Shown here piece after piece: positions 10,676 through 19,275 of a stretch of DNA of 64,000 bases. Both the position numbers and the translations under genes were made by a program. Every line of letters starts with the position of its first letter. Within the stretch, counting starts at the first letter, position 1. The DNA lies in the IMG/VR virus record IMGVR_UViG_3300036781_000418, positions 1 to 64,000 of that record; one strand, 5' to 3'. A model generated the notes under the pieces. The model had not been told where the DNA came from. It saw only the letters and a program-made list of their open reading frames with translations, and did not search any database.

Positions 10676-10772
10676 GCGACACGAGAGGTCGCCGGTTGCA
10701 CTCGACCGGTTCGGTGCAGAGCTTCACAGACGAGGGACCCGAGTGGTCCCTCGGTTCGTCTCGTGTCGCCTA
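10673..10772. repeat. 100-bp element bounded by 14-bp perfect inverted repeats, with internal hairpins (probable bidirectional terminator)
   Basis: TAGGCGACACGAGA (10673-10686) and TCTCGTGTCGCCTA (10759-10772); internal GAGGGACC..GGTCCCTC. Confidence 0.85.
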
Positions 10773-10988
10773 AACGACCTTCGCCTCAATCATCGACTGC
10801 ACACGGTCGATCGCCCGTTGAATCGGCTTCCGGTAGGCTTCAACCCGCTTTGACGCGTCAAACTTCGCGTACAGCTTCGACCTGACGTCGAGCAGCTGAT
10901 CGAAGGACATGTCGCCCCATGTTTCAGGGTGTGGGATTGAGACGCGCTCTTCGTCGACGAACATTGGCTTGTTTTCTTCGGTTGTCAT
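10770..10988 (-). CDS. hypothetical protein
   Basis: AGGAGG RBS and TAAATA at 11014-11019 on the minus strand. Confidence 0.75.
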   Translation of the reverse strand: MTTEENKPMFVDEERVSIPHPETWGDMSFDQLLDVRSKLYAKFDASKRVEAYRKPIQRAIDRVQSMIEAKVV

Positions 10989-11013
10989 GGTGACCTCCTA
11001 AGTTAGTCCTTTC

Positions 11014-11032
11014 TATTTAGAGGGGCTAAATA
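11014..11032. promoter_or_regulatory. back-to-back divergent late promoters
   Basis: TATTTA at 11014-11019 (minus) and TAAATA at 11027-11032 (plus). Confidence 0.7.
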
Positions 11033-11059
11033 CGCTTGAAGTCAACGGAACCTGGACAC

Positions 11060-11443
11060 ATGAAGCTCCTACAAGACCTGATCGGCGAAGGCCGTCACCC
11101 AATCACCCCAGCCGCACCAATGCTGGTTAACCTGACTCTTCAAGAGATCGTTTCGGGCGGTGGTATCTCCAACCCGTACCAGCTCTTCGTCCTCGGCAAG
11201 ATGGCCCGCTTCTTCAAGGACGGCCTGAAGTCGGCTGACCTAGAGCTTGAGACGCCGGTGAACTACGGATCCGGTGAGACTGACTCAGCCCTGAAGGTCG
11301 AGATGCAGAAGCTCACGAACGAGGAGTGCGTCCACTTGGCCGCCTACCTGCTGGACTGCATCGACGCTGGTGAAGCCGCCCTCTACTGCGAAGGCATGGA
11401 CACCGTGGCGTGGATCAACTTTGTCCTCCAACGTCAGAAGTAA
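11060..11443 (+). CDS. putative internal head protein
   Basis: ATG start gives MKLLQDLIGE, a capsid-targeting-like leader; late promoter upstream. Confidence 0.6.
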   Translation: MKLLQDLIGEGRHPITPAAPMLVNLTLQEIVSGGGISNPYQLFVLGKMARFFKDGLKSADLELETPVNYGSGETDSALKVEMQKLTNEECVHLAAYLLDCIDAGEAALYCEGMDTVAWINFVLQRQK

Positions 11444-11857
11444 ATGAGGGTCGTTCACCTCTTTGAGGAGAACCTCGACCGTGAAGACGCACTGCATGCA
11501 ATGCAGCTCATGGCTAAATTCCTCACTAAGAAGCTTGGTGAGGAATACAAGGTATTTGACCGCGACCAAGGTAGTGGCAAGCCTCTTCCAGTCATGCTCA
11601 TTGAGGTAAAACCTGCGGTAAATTACATGGCCGCCAGTACGGATAGCAGCGCTGGTCGCTCCGCCCACATTTCACGTGGGGCTGATAAATGGGAAGTTGT
11701 CATCTATGAGGGGCGTAGGCGATCACAGACTTTGCTACACAAATTTAAGGTCGACACGGACAAAGAGGCGGTAGACACAGCCGTTGAATACGTGAAGAAG
11801 TTCGATGTTAATAAGCCGTACGTTGGCTCATTTAGAGCTGAAGATGCCGATGAGTGA
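11444..11857 (+). CDS. putative internal head protein, paralog family A
   Basis: MRVVHLFEE leader; weak similarity to downstream paralogs (..AVEYVKKF). Confidence 0.6.
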   Translation: MRVVHLFEENLDREDALHAMQLMAKFLTKKLGEEYKVFDRDQGSGKPLPVMLIEVKPAVNYMAASTDSSAGRSAHISRGADKWEVVIYEGRRRSQTLLHKFKVDTDKEAVDTAVEYVKKFDVNKPYVGSFRAEDADE

Positions 11858-11875
11858 TCTTAGGTATAACAAACT

Positions 11876-12247
11876 ATGAAACTTAATCACCTCTTTGAAG
11901 ATGATCTTGACGATCAGTTGGACGGGGCCGAAGAAGACTTCGCCATCTTGGCGCGCTCAGCCACTAAGACGCTGGGCCACAAGTTCAACTTCATCAAGGG
12001 CTATGGCTCAGTCACGCTTGAGATGAACGCCGACGACCTGTCGTTCTTTGAAGCTGACGGCATTGAAATCCCGTACCTTATCTTTACACCTTTCACGCCT
12101 AAGGGTGAACACGATGATCAATATCAGTACAAGGTGTCCTTGTACAACGGTGTTCAGATGGACGGTACCTTGTACGCGAAGCTTGGTGCCGCGTACACCG
12201 CGTTCATTGAACTTGCCAAGACCCAAATCGCAAAGAAGAAGCCATGA
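11876..12247 (+). CDS. putative internal head protein, paralog family A
   Basis: MKLNHLFED leader; LDGAEEDF..IEIPYL domain. Confidence 0.65.
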   Translation: MKLNHLFEDDLDDQLDGAEEDFAILARSATKTLGHKFNFIKGYGSVTLEMNADDLSFFEADGIEIPYLIFTPFTPKGEHDDQYQYKVSLYNGVQMDGTLYAKLGAAYTAFIELAKTQIAKKKP

Positions 12248-12669
12248 AGCTCAACAGCATTCTTGAACATTTTGACGATGAAGATGACGGGGACGACGGT
12301 GCTGGCGACGCCGCCATCCTTAAGGCGGAGTTTGAAGAAGCCGTTGACGACCTCGAACTGCTGGCTAAGATTGAATCCAAGCGATTTGACCTAGATCTGT
12401 TCGTGCGTGTGAACAATGGAGTGGGTGTAGCTACGATTGAATGCGAAAGCGCCCTTGATCAAGGCCTCAGAGCCAAGTACGACATCGAGTTGCCGAAGTT
12501 GGAGTTTAGTCAAACCAACCGTATCCTGAAGAATGAACCGTACACCATCACCATGTGGCACAAGGCACCTCGGCGACTTTCAACGTCACGCTACCGTGAC
12601 CTCAAGACCGCGCACGCTGAGTACGTCAAGCTCATAAAATATCAGCTGGAGAAGAGGACTGAGCCATGA
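12244..12669 (+). CDS. putative internal head protein, paralog family A
   Basis: MKLNSILE leader; DDLELLAK..KRF..IELP domain. Confidence 0.65.
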   Translation: MKLNSILEHFDDEDDGDDGAGDAAILKAEFEEAVDDLELLAKIESKRFDLDLFVRVNNGVGVATIECESALDQGLRAKYDIELPKLEFSQTNRILKNEPYTITMWHKAPRRLSTSRYRDLKTAHAEYVKLIKYQLEKRTEP

Positions 12670-13658
12670 AGCTTGACCACCTTCTCGAAGACTCCAACAA
12701 GGAAACTTTGGACGGGGTTAAAGAAGACTTTGAACTCTTCGCGCTCGCGGACACCAAGCGCTTTGGGCTTGGGTTTGACGTGCGCGAAACGGCCACCTCC
12801 GTGATACTGGGTCTGACCTACGAGATCTCAGATAAGATTGAGGCGGACAACAGAAACAGAGTTGAACTGCCGTATCTAATGTTCAGCAATGACAGTGAAT
12901 TCCCGGAACCGTTTAGAGTGGCTTCGTGGAACCATCAGAGTAAGATTGTCCCGCCACGATACTTCAAGAGCGCCAGTCAAGCACATGCCGCAATGGTCTT
13001 TATCATGCGTCAACAGTTGAAGGTGGCGGGGATTATTAAAGAAGAGTCGTCAGGTGAGCTCACGTCCGCCGGTACGTGGAAGCACGCGCTGCGCGTGTTG
13101 GGCCAACACGATGAGCTCAACGTCATTGACTGCGTGACAAGTGCAACCGTCACAATTGCGCTTGCTGCGTTCTTCAATGAACACATGCGTGCGGACATTA
13201 AGGACGCTCATTCTGGCAACTATGAGGAGCTCTTTGACAAGGTCAATAAGGACCGCAAGCTGCTTGACTTGTTCGTCGAACACATGGGCAACAAGCTGGT
13301 CAAGCTGCAGCCGCTGATCTCCGTCAAAGTTCGTAAGGCGTTTGACATGTGCATTGCGAAGTACGTTGATTTGGCGGACGTGAAGGAGGACCTTGAACTG
13401 CTTGGCGCCGCCCTTGCAAAGATCTACGACACTGACTACAAAATCGTAGTTAAAGATGGACACGTGGATCTCCGTGTTGACGTTGAGACGGATAAAGACG
13501 GTGTCGAACCTTACATCACCTACAGCCTGAACACGTTCCGACTTGAGTTCATTACGGACCTTAGACGAACTCAAGTGCTGCCGCGCTACTTCCTCACCGC
13601 GGGTCAGCTGTCAAAGGTGGCCGTCGAATATGCCAAGCGCTTTAAAGACGCTAAATAA
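12666..13658 (+). CDS. putative internal head protein, paralog family A (two domain copies)
   Basis: MKLDHLLED leader; VKEDFEL..PRYF and VKEDLEL..PRYF repeats. Confidence 0.65.
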   Translation: MKLDHLLEDSNKETLDGVKEDFELFALADTKRFGLGFDVRETATSVILGLTYEISDKIEADNRNRVELPYLMFSNDSEFPEPFRVASWNHQSKIVPPRYFKSASQAHAAMVFIMRQQLKVAGIIKEESSGELTSAGTWKHALRVLGQHDELNVIDCVTSATVTIALAAFFNEHMRADIKDAHSGNYEELFDKVNKDRKLLDLFVEHMGNKLVKLQPLISVKVRKAFDMCIAKYVDLADVKEDLELLGAALAKIYDTDYKIVVKDGHVDLRVDVETDKDGVEPYITYSLNTFRLEFITDLRRTQVLPRYFLTAGQLSKVAVEYAKRFKDAK

Positions 13659-13862
13659 GCCATGATTATCTCGAACGCCTTGGACTAGCTCCCTGATCGA
13701 ATTCAAGGCACGGCAATGAGCACACTCCTACCTTAAGGTGATTCGCATCTTGACGATCACAGCTATCTACCAACTGCTCCTCTTGCTTCAACTGACCCCA
13801 TCGGAGGTGCGTTGAAGCACACTGATGGCCTCACCACTCGTTCCCTCACCGTAGGAGGTACC
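13652..13862 (+). promoter_or_regulatory. late promoter plus ~200-nt structured leader of phoH
   Basis: TAAATA at 13652-13657; three hairpins; CTCCTAC (13725-13731) complementary to the RBS region GTAGGAG (13851-13857). Confidence 0.5.
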
Positions 13863-14615
13863 ATGGGACGTAGAACGCCAAAGTTGGAAATCATTTCTTC
13901 AGATGATGACTTCGCTCTGCCACGCAAGGCAGCCAAGCAGAAGTACCCTCAGCCAGAGAAGACGGCAAGTCAAATCTGGTTCAAGCACAAGCTCACGCCG
14001 CGAACCGGCAACCAAGAATACTACCTGCAGAACCTACGCGAGAATCAACTCACCATGTGTGGTGGTCCAGCTGGTACTGGCAAGACGATGTTCGTCACAC
14101 GAGTCGCCCTCGAGATGTTGCAAGCCAACGCCGTGGGAAAGATCGTCGTGACGAAGCCGATCATTGAAGCGGGTGATGAAGAGCTGGGGTTCCTACCAGG
14201 TGATCAGACCGACAAGATCATGCCGCACTTCCAATCGATCCTCGACCAGTTCGAAGAGCACGTTGGACCGACCATCCTCAAGCGACTGCTTGACAGCGGC
14301 AAGATCACGTTCCTCCCAACGGCGTTTGCACGCGGCCGTGACATCAAGCACGCCTTCATCTTGATCGATGAAGCACAGAACCTCTCGAAGAAGGGCATCA
14401 AGACCATGATGACTCGCATCTCCGAAGGCTCGGTGATGGCGCTGAACGGTGACTCAGACCAGTGCGACTTGAAGGACCCACGCATGAGCGGGTTCGAATG
14501 GGCGATTGAGCGCCTCACTGGCCGTGACGGCAACATCGGTGTGGTGCGCATGACTGAGGATGACATCCAACGCCACCCACTCGTGGCGGTCATCTGCAAG
14601 GCGCTGCGCGATTAA
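13863..14615 (+). CDS. phoH: PhoH-like ATPase
   Basis: GPAGTGKT, LGFLPG, ARGR, IDEAQN, NGDSDQCD, IQRHPLV motifs; AGGAGG RBS before ATG 13863. Confidence 0.95.
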   Translation: MGRRTPKLEIISSDDDFALPRKAAKQKYPQPEKTASQIWFKHKLTPRTGNQEYYLQNLRENQLTMCGGPAGTGKTMFVTRVALEMLQANAVGKIVVTKPIIEAGDEELGFLPGDQTDKIMPHFQSILDQFEEHVGPTILKRLLDSGKITFLPTAFARGRDIKHAFILIDEAQNLSKKGIKTMMTRISEGSVMALNGDSDQCDLKDPRMSGFEWAIERLTGRDGNIGVVRMTEDDIQRHPLVAVICKALRD

Positions 14616-14634
14616 GCGACCAGCCACGCAGCGA

Positions 14635-14656
14635 AAAGGGACCGTAAGGTCCCTTT
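14635..14656. terminator. bidirectional terminator
   Basis: AAAGGGACC-GTAA-GGTCCCTTT between convergent genes. Confidence 0.85.
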
Positions 14657-14658
14657 GT

Positions 14659-14958
14659 TCATTCCGCGTTACGGTACTTGAAGAACAGCGTCAGCCATGT
14701 TATCTGCGTTAGCATGTAGATGAAGTTGATGACGTTGGCCAAGTAGAACGACGCGCTTGGGTAGACCACGAAGGTCGACCAGACGTTCCACCCAAGGAAC
14801 AGGCACATGTTCTTCCAGTCAAACCCCTTCACCTCTTTGTCCTTTATCAGCTTGCGTAGGTTCTCGATACCGGCACAGACGAAGATGGTGTCAAAGATCG
14901 CGGTGATCAGGTCAGTTCGACTAGGATGCAGCATGTGCTGCACCCACTCGGCGATCAT
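14659..14958 (-). CDS. small 3-TM membrane protein, PQ-loop/SemiSWEET-like
   Basis: Three hydrophobic segments; KLIKDKEVKG loop; GGAGG RBS; overlaps the Thg1 stop codon. Confidence 0.55.
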   Translation of the reverse strand: MIAEWVQHMLHPSRTDLITAIFDTIFVCAGIENLRKLIKDKEVKGFDWKNMCLFLGWNVWSTFVVYPSASFYLANVINFIYMLTQITWLTLFFKYRNAE

Positions 14959-15812
14959 GGTGCCTCCACGATCGGACCACCAAACAGCAAGGTGGCCACT
15001 GGATCTTCCTGCTTTGACAGCCAAATGTCGCGCAGCACGACTTCACTGCGTTCAATCGGCCCAGTGGGTCGGTGTTCAGGCTTCAGCTTCGCGACGATCA
15101 ACGGGTCCAACTCCTTGAACACCTTCTCACGACGGGCAAACGTACCGCGCTTGAAGCTCCAGTCGTAGTCGTTGAAGTTTACGCCAGCGTCGTTGAACAT
15201 CTTCTCTTGACGTTCCTTGGAGTTCATACCAAGCACCGCCTTGTGGCCGCAGTGAAACACGGCCGCTGATGAGATGGCGTTCTTCACCGCGTCTTGCTGA
15301 CGCCAGAGGACTGCGTTGTAGGCCTCAACGAGGGTCGGCACGACGAAGGCGCGGGCGTCGAAGCAGGCTTCAGCCTTTGACTTCTCTTGAAGGTGCTTGT
15401 CGATCAGCTTGGCGAAGCGGGCGGCGGCCCATGACGGCAGCTGGGACTCAAGCTTCTGGAAGCGGCCGGCGAAGGGGTAGTCACCACTGGAGTCAGGGGT
15501 CTCGTACCAGACGAGCGTGATCTCGTCGGACTGTACATAGCCAACCGTCGCTTGGTAGCGTTCGACCAACCCAACCATCAGCTCCTGCATGCAGGTGGTG
15601 AAGCGGTAGTCGAAGGGCTTGGCGAGTCCCTTGGTGAAGGTGCTGAAGTTGTCGCCGTCAAGACGGACGATCAGTGGTTGGCCTTTGTAGGCGCGGCGGG
15701 CGGTGGACGGCTCTTCATAGAGCTTCATCCGGTCCCCAAGTGACATGGAAGGTTTCATGGTCTCGAACTCCGAGTTAATGGTTGGTCTGGCCTCATCGGC
15801 CAGTGCGTTCAT
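14955..15812 (-). CDS. thg1: tRNA(His) guanylyltransferase Thg1-like 3'-5' polymerase
   Basis: GDRMK.YE, IVRLDG..F..FT, QSDEI, GRFQKL, FDAR, WRQQD..KN motifs; exact start uncertain. Confidence 0.92.
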   Translation of the reverse strand: MNALADEARPTINSEFETMKPSMSLGDRMKLYEEPSTARRAYKGQPLIVRLDGDNFSTFTKGLAKPFDYRFTTCMQELMVGLVERYQATVGYVQSDEITLVWYETPDSSGDYPFAGRFQKLESQLPSWAAARFAKLIDKHLQEKSKAEACFDARAFVVPTLVEAYNAVLWRQQDAVKNAISSAAVFHCGHKAVLGMNSKERQEKMFNDAGVNFNDYDWSFKRGTFARREKVFKELDPLIVAKLKPEHRPTGPIERSEVVLRDIWLSKQEDPVATLLFGGPIVEAP

Positions 15813-15854
15813 ACTATCAAGGTGGTTGGGTTGTGCCTACTCCTCTCTGGTTGC

Positions 15855-15860
15855 TAAATA
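15855..15860 (+). promoter_or_regulatory. late promoter TAAATA
   Basis: CTAAATAC upstream of a structural gene. Confidence 0.65.
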
Positions 15861-15935
15861 CCCAGCTGCGAACGATCGACTAGGTAGCCAGCCATGATCA
15901 ACTCGCGTCTTCTTTAGCTGGCAAAGGAACATTAG

Positions 15936-18851
15936 ATGTCATACAACCTCTTCTGGCGCTCGCCAGGCGTGCACACCTACGGCACGAAGAACACGATCAC
16001 CGTCCCAGTTGGACAGGTCGTCTCTGACCAAGCCTCCCTCCGTTTCACGGGTAAGGGCGCTGCAAACACCGGTAAGATTCAGCAGGAAAACTTGATGCGG
16101 CTCCTCGAGAGCTTCGCTGGTCCAACCCCGCCTGACTACCCAACCGTCGGCCAGTTCTGGTACGACACGACCTTCTCACAGCTTAAGATCTGCGTTGCCG
16201 CCGCGCCGCTCCCAGTCGAATGGCGTGAGATTCGCTCGAGCATCTCGATCACCGACGTCGGTGAACCACCACCAGACGGCGCCGTGCTGGGTGACAGCTG
16301 GTTCCAGCGTACCGGCTCGATGTCAGGTTTCCTGTACATCTACACTGGCCTTGGACGCTACCCTGAAGTCAACGGCGTGATCGGTGGTTGGGACCAAGTA
16401 TGGCCCGAGTCCGACCGCGCCGCTGCCCGTGAAGAGTACGAGATCATGTTCGGTCTCATCGACCAGTTCATCGGCCCAACGAGCTCACGCGGTTCTGGTG
16501 CCACCAACCGTGCGATCCGCAACTTCGCCCCGCTCGGCGACCTTGACTCCTCGATGCGCAACGCATGGCGCGCCCACACGCCGCTCGACGGCAACGTGCT
16601 CGCCTTCCAACCAGCCGACCCGAACTACCCACAGCAGGCCTTCGCCTCCAAGAAGTACGTGATCACGGTCAACACCCTTGGCCTGCAGTCCGTCGCGGCT
16701 GGCAACGCCTACGTCTCCGGTTTTAGCCCAACCACTGGCGCGCCAGCCGACGTTGACGGCAAGATCTGGGTGAACGGTGTACTGACAACCCTGCCACGCG
16801 CCTCCCTCTGGTACCATCAGATCGTCTCCGACGCGTGGATCATGTGGGACACCACCTCCACGCTCACCTCGTCCTCTGGCCCAGCCAAGTACTTCGTCGT
16901 GCAGAAGGTCGGAAACCAGTGGCAGTACGACACCGACCTCGTGACGATCACGCCGTCCGCTGGCTGGCAGAACTTCACCCCAGTCGCGGGCATGTACCTG
17001 ATCGGCTTGATCACCACCACGCTGAACGGCTCGACCTCAAACGATCCGAACACGTCGTACATCCAGCCTTGGGACAACACCGTTGAGATCATCCAGCCTG
17101 ACAACGACCTGTTGAAGGTTGAACCGAACTCGACCGACTGGGACGCGCTCCTGGCCGCTGGTCGCTACGCGTTGAACCGTCTTGACGTGCCTTCAGCCGC
17201 GTTGGCTGACTTCCGCCAGACGCCGTTCGTCACCGATGGTCGCCAACCAGACCCATCGTTGCTCGCGCTCGCGTCGACCGACGTTCGCTATCCACCAGCC
17301 GCCCGTCGTGCTTCACGTCGCTTCGGCTCGGTCACGCTGGCCCGTTACTTCAACGAAGCGAACAACGTGATCTCGCTGGCGATGCCGAATCGTTACGTCC
17401 TCAAGGGCCTGCTTGGTACCTCCGGTGTTAGCGCCGCCTTCAACTCCAACGTGACGGTCGACACGCAAGCCACGTTCTCCGCGGACGCTGGCGCGTCTGG
17501 TGGCTCGTTTGGTACGTCCGCAAAGCCGTTGACCGTGGGAATCCACTTCAACTCACGTGACGAGTACGAGCGCTTCTTCTTCAGCGGTCAAGCTATCGAG
17601 GTTCGCATGGCCCACACGCCAAGCACGAACACCGCGGCTGACTTGAACTTGAAGACGATCACGGACACGCAAGGCCGCATTCGCATCACAGCCAACCGCA
17701 CGTACGTCATGACCCCAGCCGCGACTCCAGCGCTGAGTGGCACGACGGGTACGAACGGTGGTGTGAACATCGTCAACACCCCAACCTTGATGACGAACCT
17801 TGCCTCTGGCGGTGCTACCATCTCACTGAACGCGCAGGCTGACTCCACCCACTTCAGCCTCACGCTGTCGGTGGCGGCTGGTGGCGCAACCTCCGGTACC
17901 TTCGCCATCACGATCGCGACGATCAACGACAACGAACTCTGGGCCGGTGGCCGTGTGTACCCATCGGTCCTGCCGTTCGTGGTTGGCACCGACGCCGTCC
18001 TTGGTGTCTACACCAACACAACGCCTGGTGTCCCACTCGCAATCGTGGCGGCCCCACAGAACGTGTCCGCCAACATCAACCAACCAGCCTTGTTCTCGGT
18101 CGTGGCGAAAGCTACGCCTGGTCCAATCTCGTACCAGTGGAACCGCAACGGAGTCCCAATCTCCGGCGCTACTAGCTCCACGTACGTCCGCACCGCGATT
18201 ATCTCCGACTCTGGCTCGTCCTACAGCTGCGCGGTGACCGCGAACGCGACGACGATCACGTCCTCGGCTGGTACGCTGACGGTGAGCTCCACCACGGCGC
18301 CAACGATTACGGTTGCCGGCTTCACGGCGCTGGCTGGTACGTCGATGCTCGTCATCGGCACGTTCACCGGCGATGGCGTCACGCTGTCGGCGAAGCGCAA
18401 CGGTGCGTCGGTTACGATCAACCAGCTGGGTTCACCGCTCTACACGATCGGCTCGAACATCTTCGTGAACGTTGACTTCACCCTGTTGTCGAACAACAGT
18501 GACATCTACTCGATCACGGCGACGAACACCGGTGGTTCAGCGAACGGCAGTGGTACGGTGGTGATCAACTCACGCACCTTCACCTTGGCCGCGAACAACG
18601 CCACGATCGCCAGCGCGACACCCGCCTCCCTGCGGATCGCCAGTGAGCTCAGCAGCGACGCGCCGATCGCGACCACCGCGATCTCAGCCGGTGTGCTGCC
18701 ACCTGGCTTGTCGTTGGACGGTACCCTTGGGTTCGTTTCTGGGACTCCAACGTCCCCTGGAACCTACACCTTCACCGCCCACTTCACCCCAGCGGCGAAC
18801 TACACCTCGATCGTCGAGACCTTCGTGAACGTCACCCTGACGGTGACCTAA
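15936..18851 (+). CDS. large virion structural protein with C-terminal Ig-like domains
   Basis: ENLMRLLESFA..P..P.VGQFWYD N-terminus typical of large-phage baseplate/fibre proteins; YQW.RNG..I.GAT and LPPGLSLD..G..SGTP Ig motifs. Confidence 0.75.
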   Translation: MSYNLFWRSPGVHTYGTKNTITVPVGQVVSDQASLRFTGKGAANTGKIQQENLMRLLESFAGPTPPDYPTVGQFWYDTTFSQLKICVAAAPLPVEWREIRSSISITDVGEPPPDGAVLGDSWFQRTGSMSGFLYIYTGLGRYPEVNGVIGGWDQVWPESDRAAAREEYEIMFGLIDQFIGPTSSRGSGATNRAIRNFAPLGDLDSSMRNAWRAHTPLDGNVLAFQPADPNYPQQAFASKKYVITVNTLGLQSVAAGNAYVSGFSPTTGAPADVDGKIWVNGVLTTLPRASLWYHQIVSDAWIMWDTTSTLTSSSGPAKYFVVQKVGNQWQYDTDLVTITPSAGWQNFTPVAGMYLIGLITTTLNGSTSNDPNTSYIQPWDNTVEIIQPDNDLLKVEPNSTDWDALLAAGRYALNRLDVPSAALADFRQTPFVTDGRQPDPSLLALASTDVRYPPAARRASRRFGSVTLARYFNEANNVISLAMPNRYVLKGLLGTSGVSAAFNSNVTVDTQATFSADAGASGGSFGTSAKPLTVGIHFNSRDEYERFFFSGQAIEVRMAHTPSTNTAADLNLKTITDTQGRIRITANRTYVMTPAATPALSGTTGTNGGVNIVNTPTLMTNLASGGATISLNAQADSTHFSLTLSVAAGGATSGTFAITIATINDNELWAGGRVYPSVLPFVVGTDAVLGVYTNTTPGVPLAIVAAPQNVSANINQPALFSVVAKATPGPISYQWNRNGVPISGATSSTYVRTAIISDSGSSYSCAVTANATTITSSAGTLTVSSTTAPTITVAGFTALAGTSMLVIGTFTGDGVTLSAKRNGASVTINQLGSPLYTIGSNIFVNVDFTLLSNNSDIYSITATNTGGSANGSGTVVINSRTFTLAANNATIASATPASLRIASELSSDAPIATTAISAGVLPPGLSLDGTLGFVSGTPTSPGTYTFTAHFTPAANYTSIVETFVNVTLTVT

Positions 18852-18896
18852 ATCGAGTTGGGTCTCAACCTTCAACGAGGTTGCAGTTGAGCGAGC

Positions 18897-18932
18897 AGCT
18901 CGTTACAATTGACTTAACAGTTGTAACGAGCT
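18897..18932. promoter_or_regulatory. 12-bp perfect inverted repeat (terminator or operator)
   Basis: AGCTCGTTACAA-N12-TTGTAACGAGCT followed by CTTCTTTT. Confidence 0.6.
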
Positions 18933-18952
18933 CTTCTTTTCTAAATTTCAAT

Positions 18953-19249
18953 ATGCAGCCAATCATCCTTCAAGGTCAAGTCTACCTCCACGAAACTCTG
19001 AACGAGTACGTCGTCGTCAAGTCCTGTCTCAAGGGCCTGGTGACCTACGCGGGTCATGGTCTCGGCGGTATGATGGACTACGAGCGCTTCATGGAGATCT
19101 ACGGTCCCGTAAACCCAGACGACCTGACGCCAGTCGAAGCTGCACAGCTGTGCATCCACCTGCCTGAGACGGTCAAGCTGTCTACTGGCTGGGTGGCGAC
19201 GCTGGAAGACGGTCTCGAGTTCGAACTTGATGACGATTGTGACAGCTAA
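18953..19249 (+). CDS. hypothetical protein
   Basis: ATG at 18953; typical codon usage. Confidence 0.65.
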   Translation: MQPIILQGQVYLHETLNEYVVVKSCLKGLVTYAGHGLGGMMDYERFMEIYGPVNPDDLTPVEAAQLCIHLPETVKLSTGWVATLEDGLEFELDDDCDS

Positions 19250-19275
19250 ATAGCTCCATACAAGGAGATCACATA

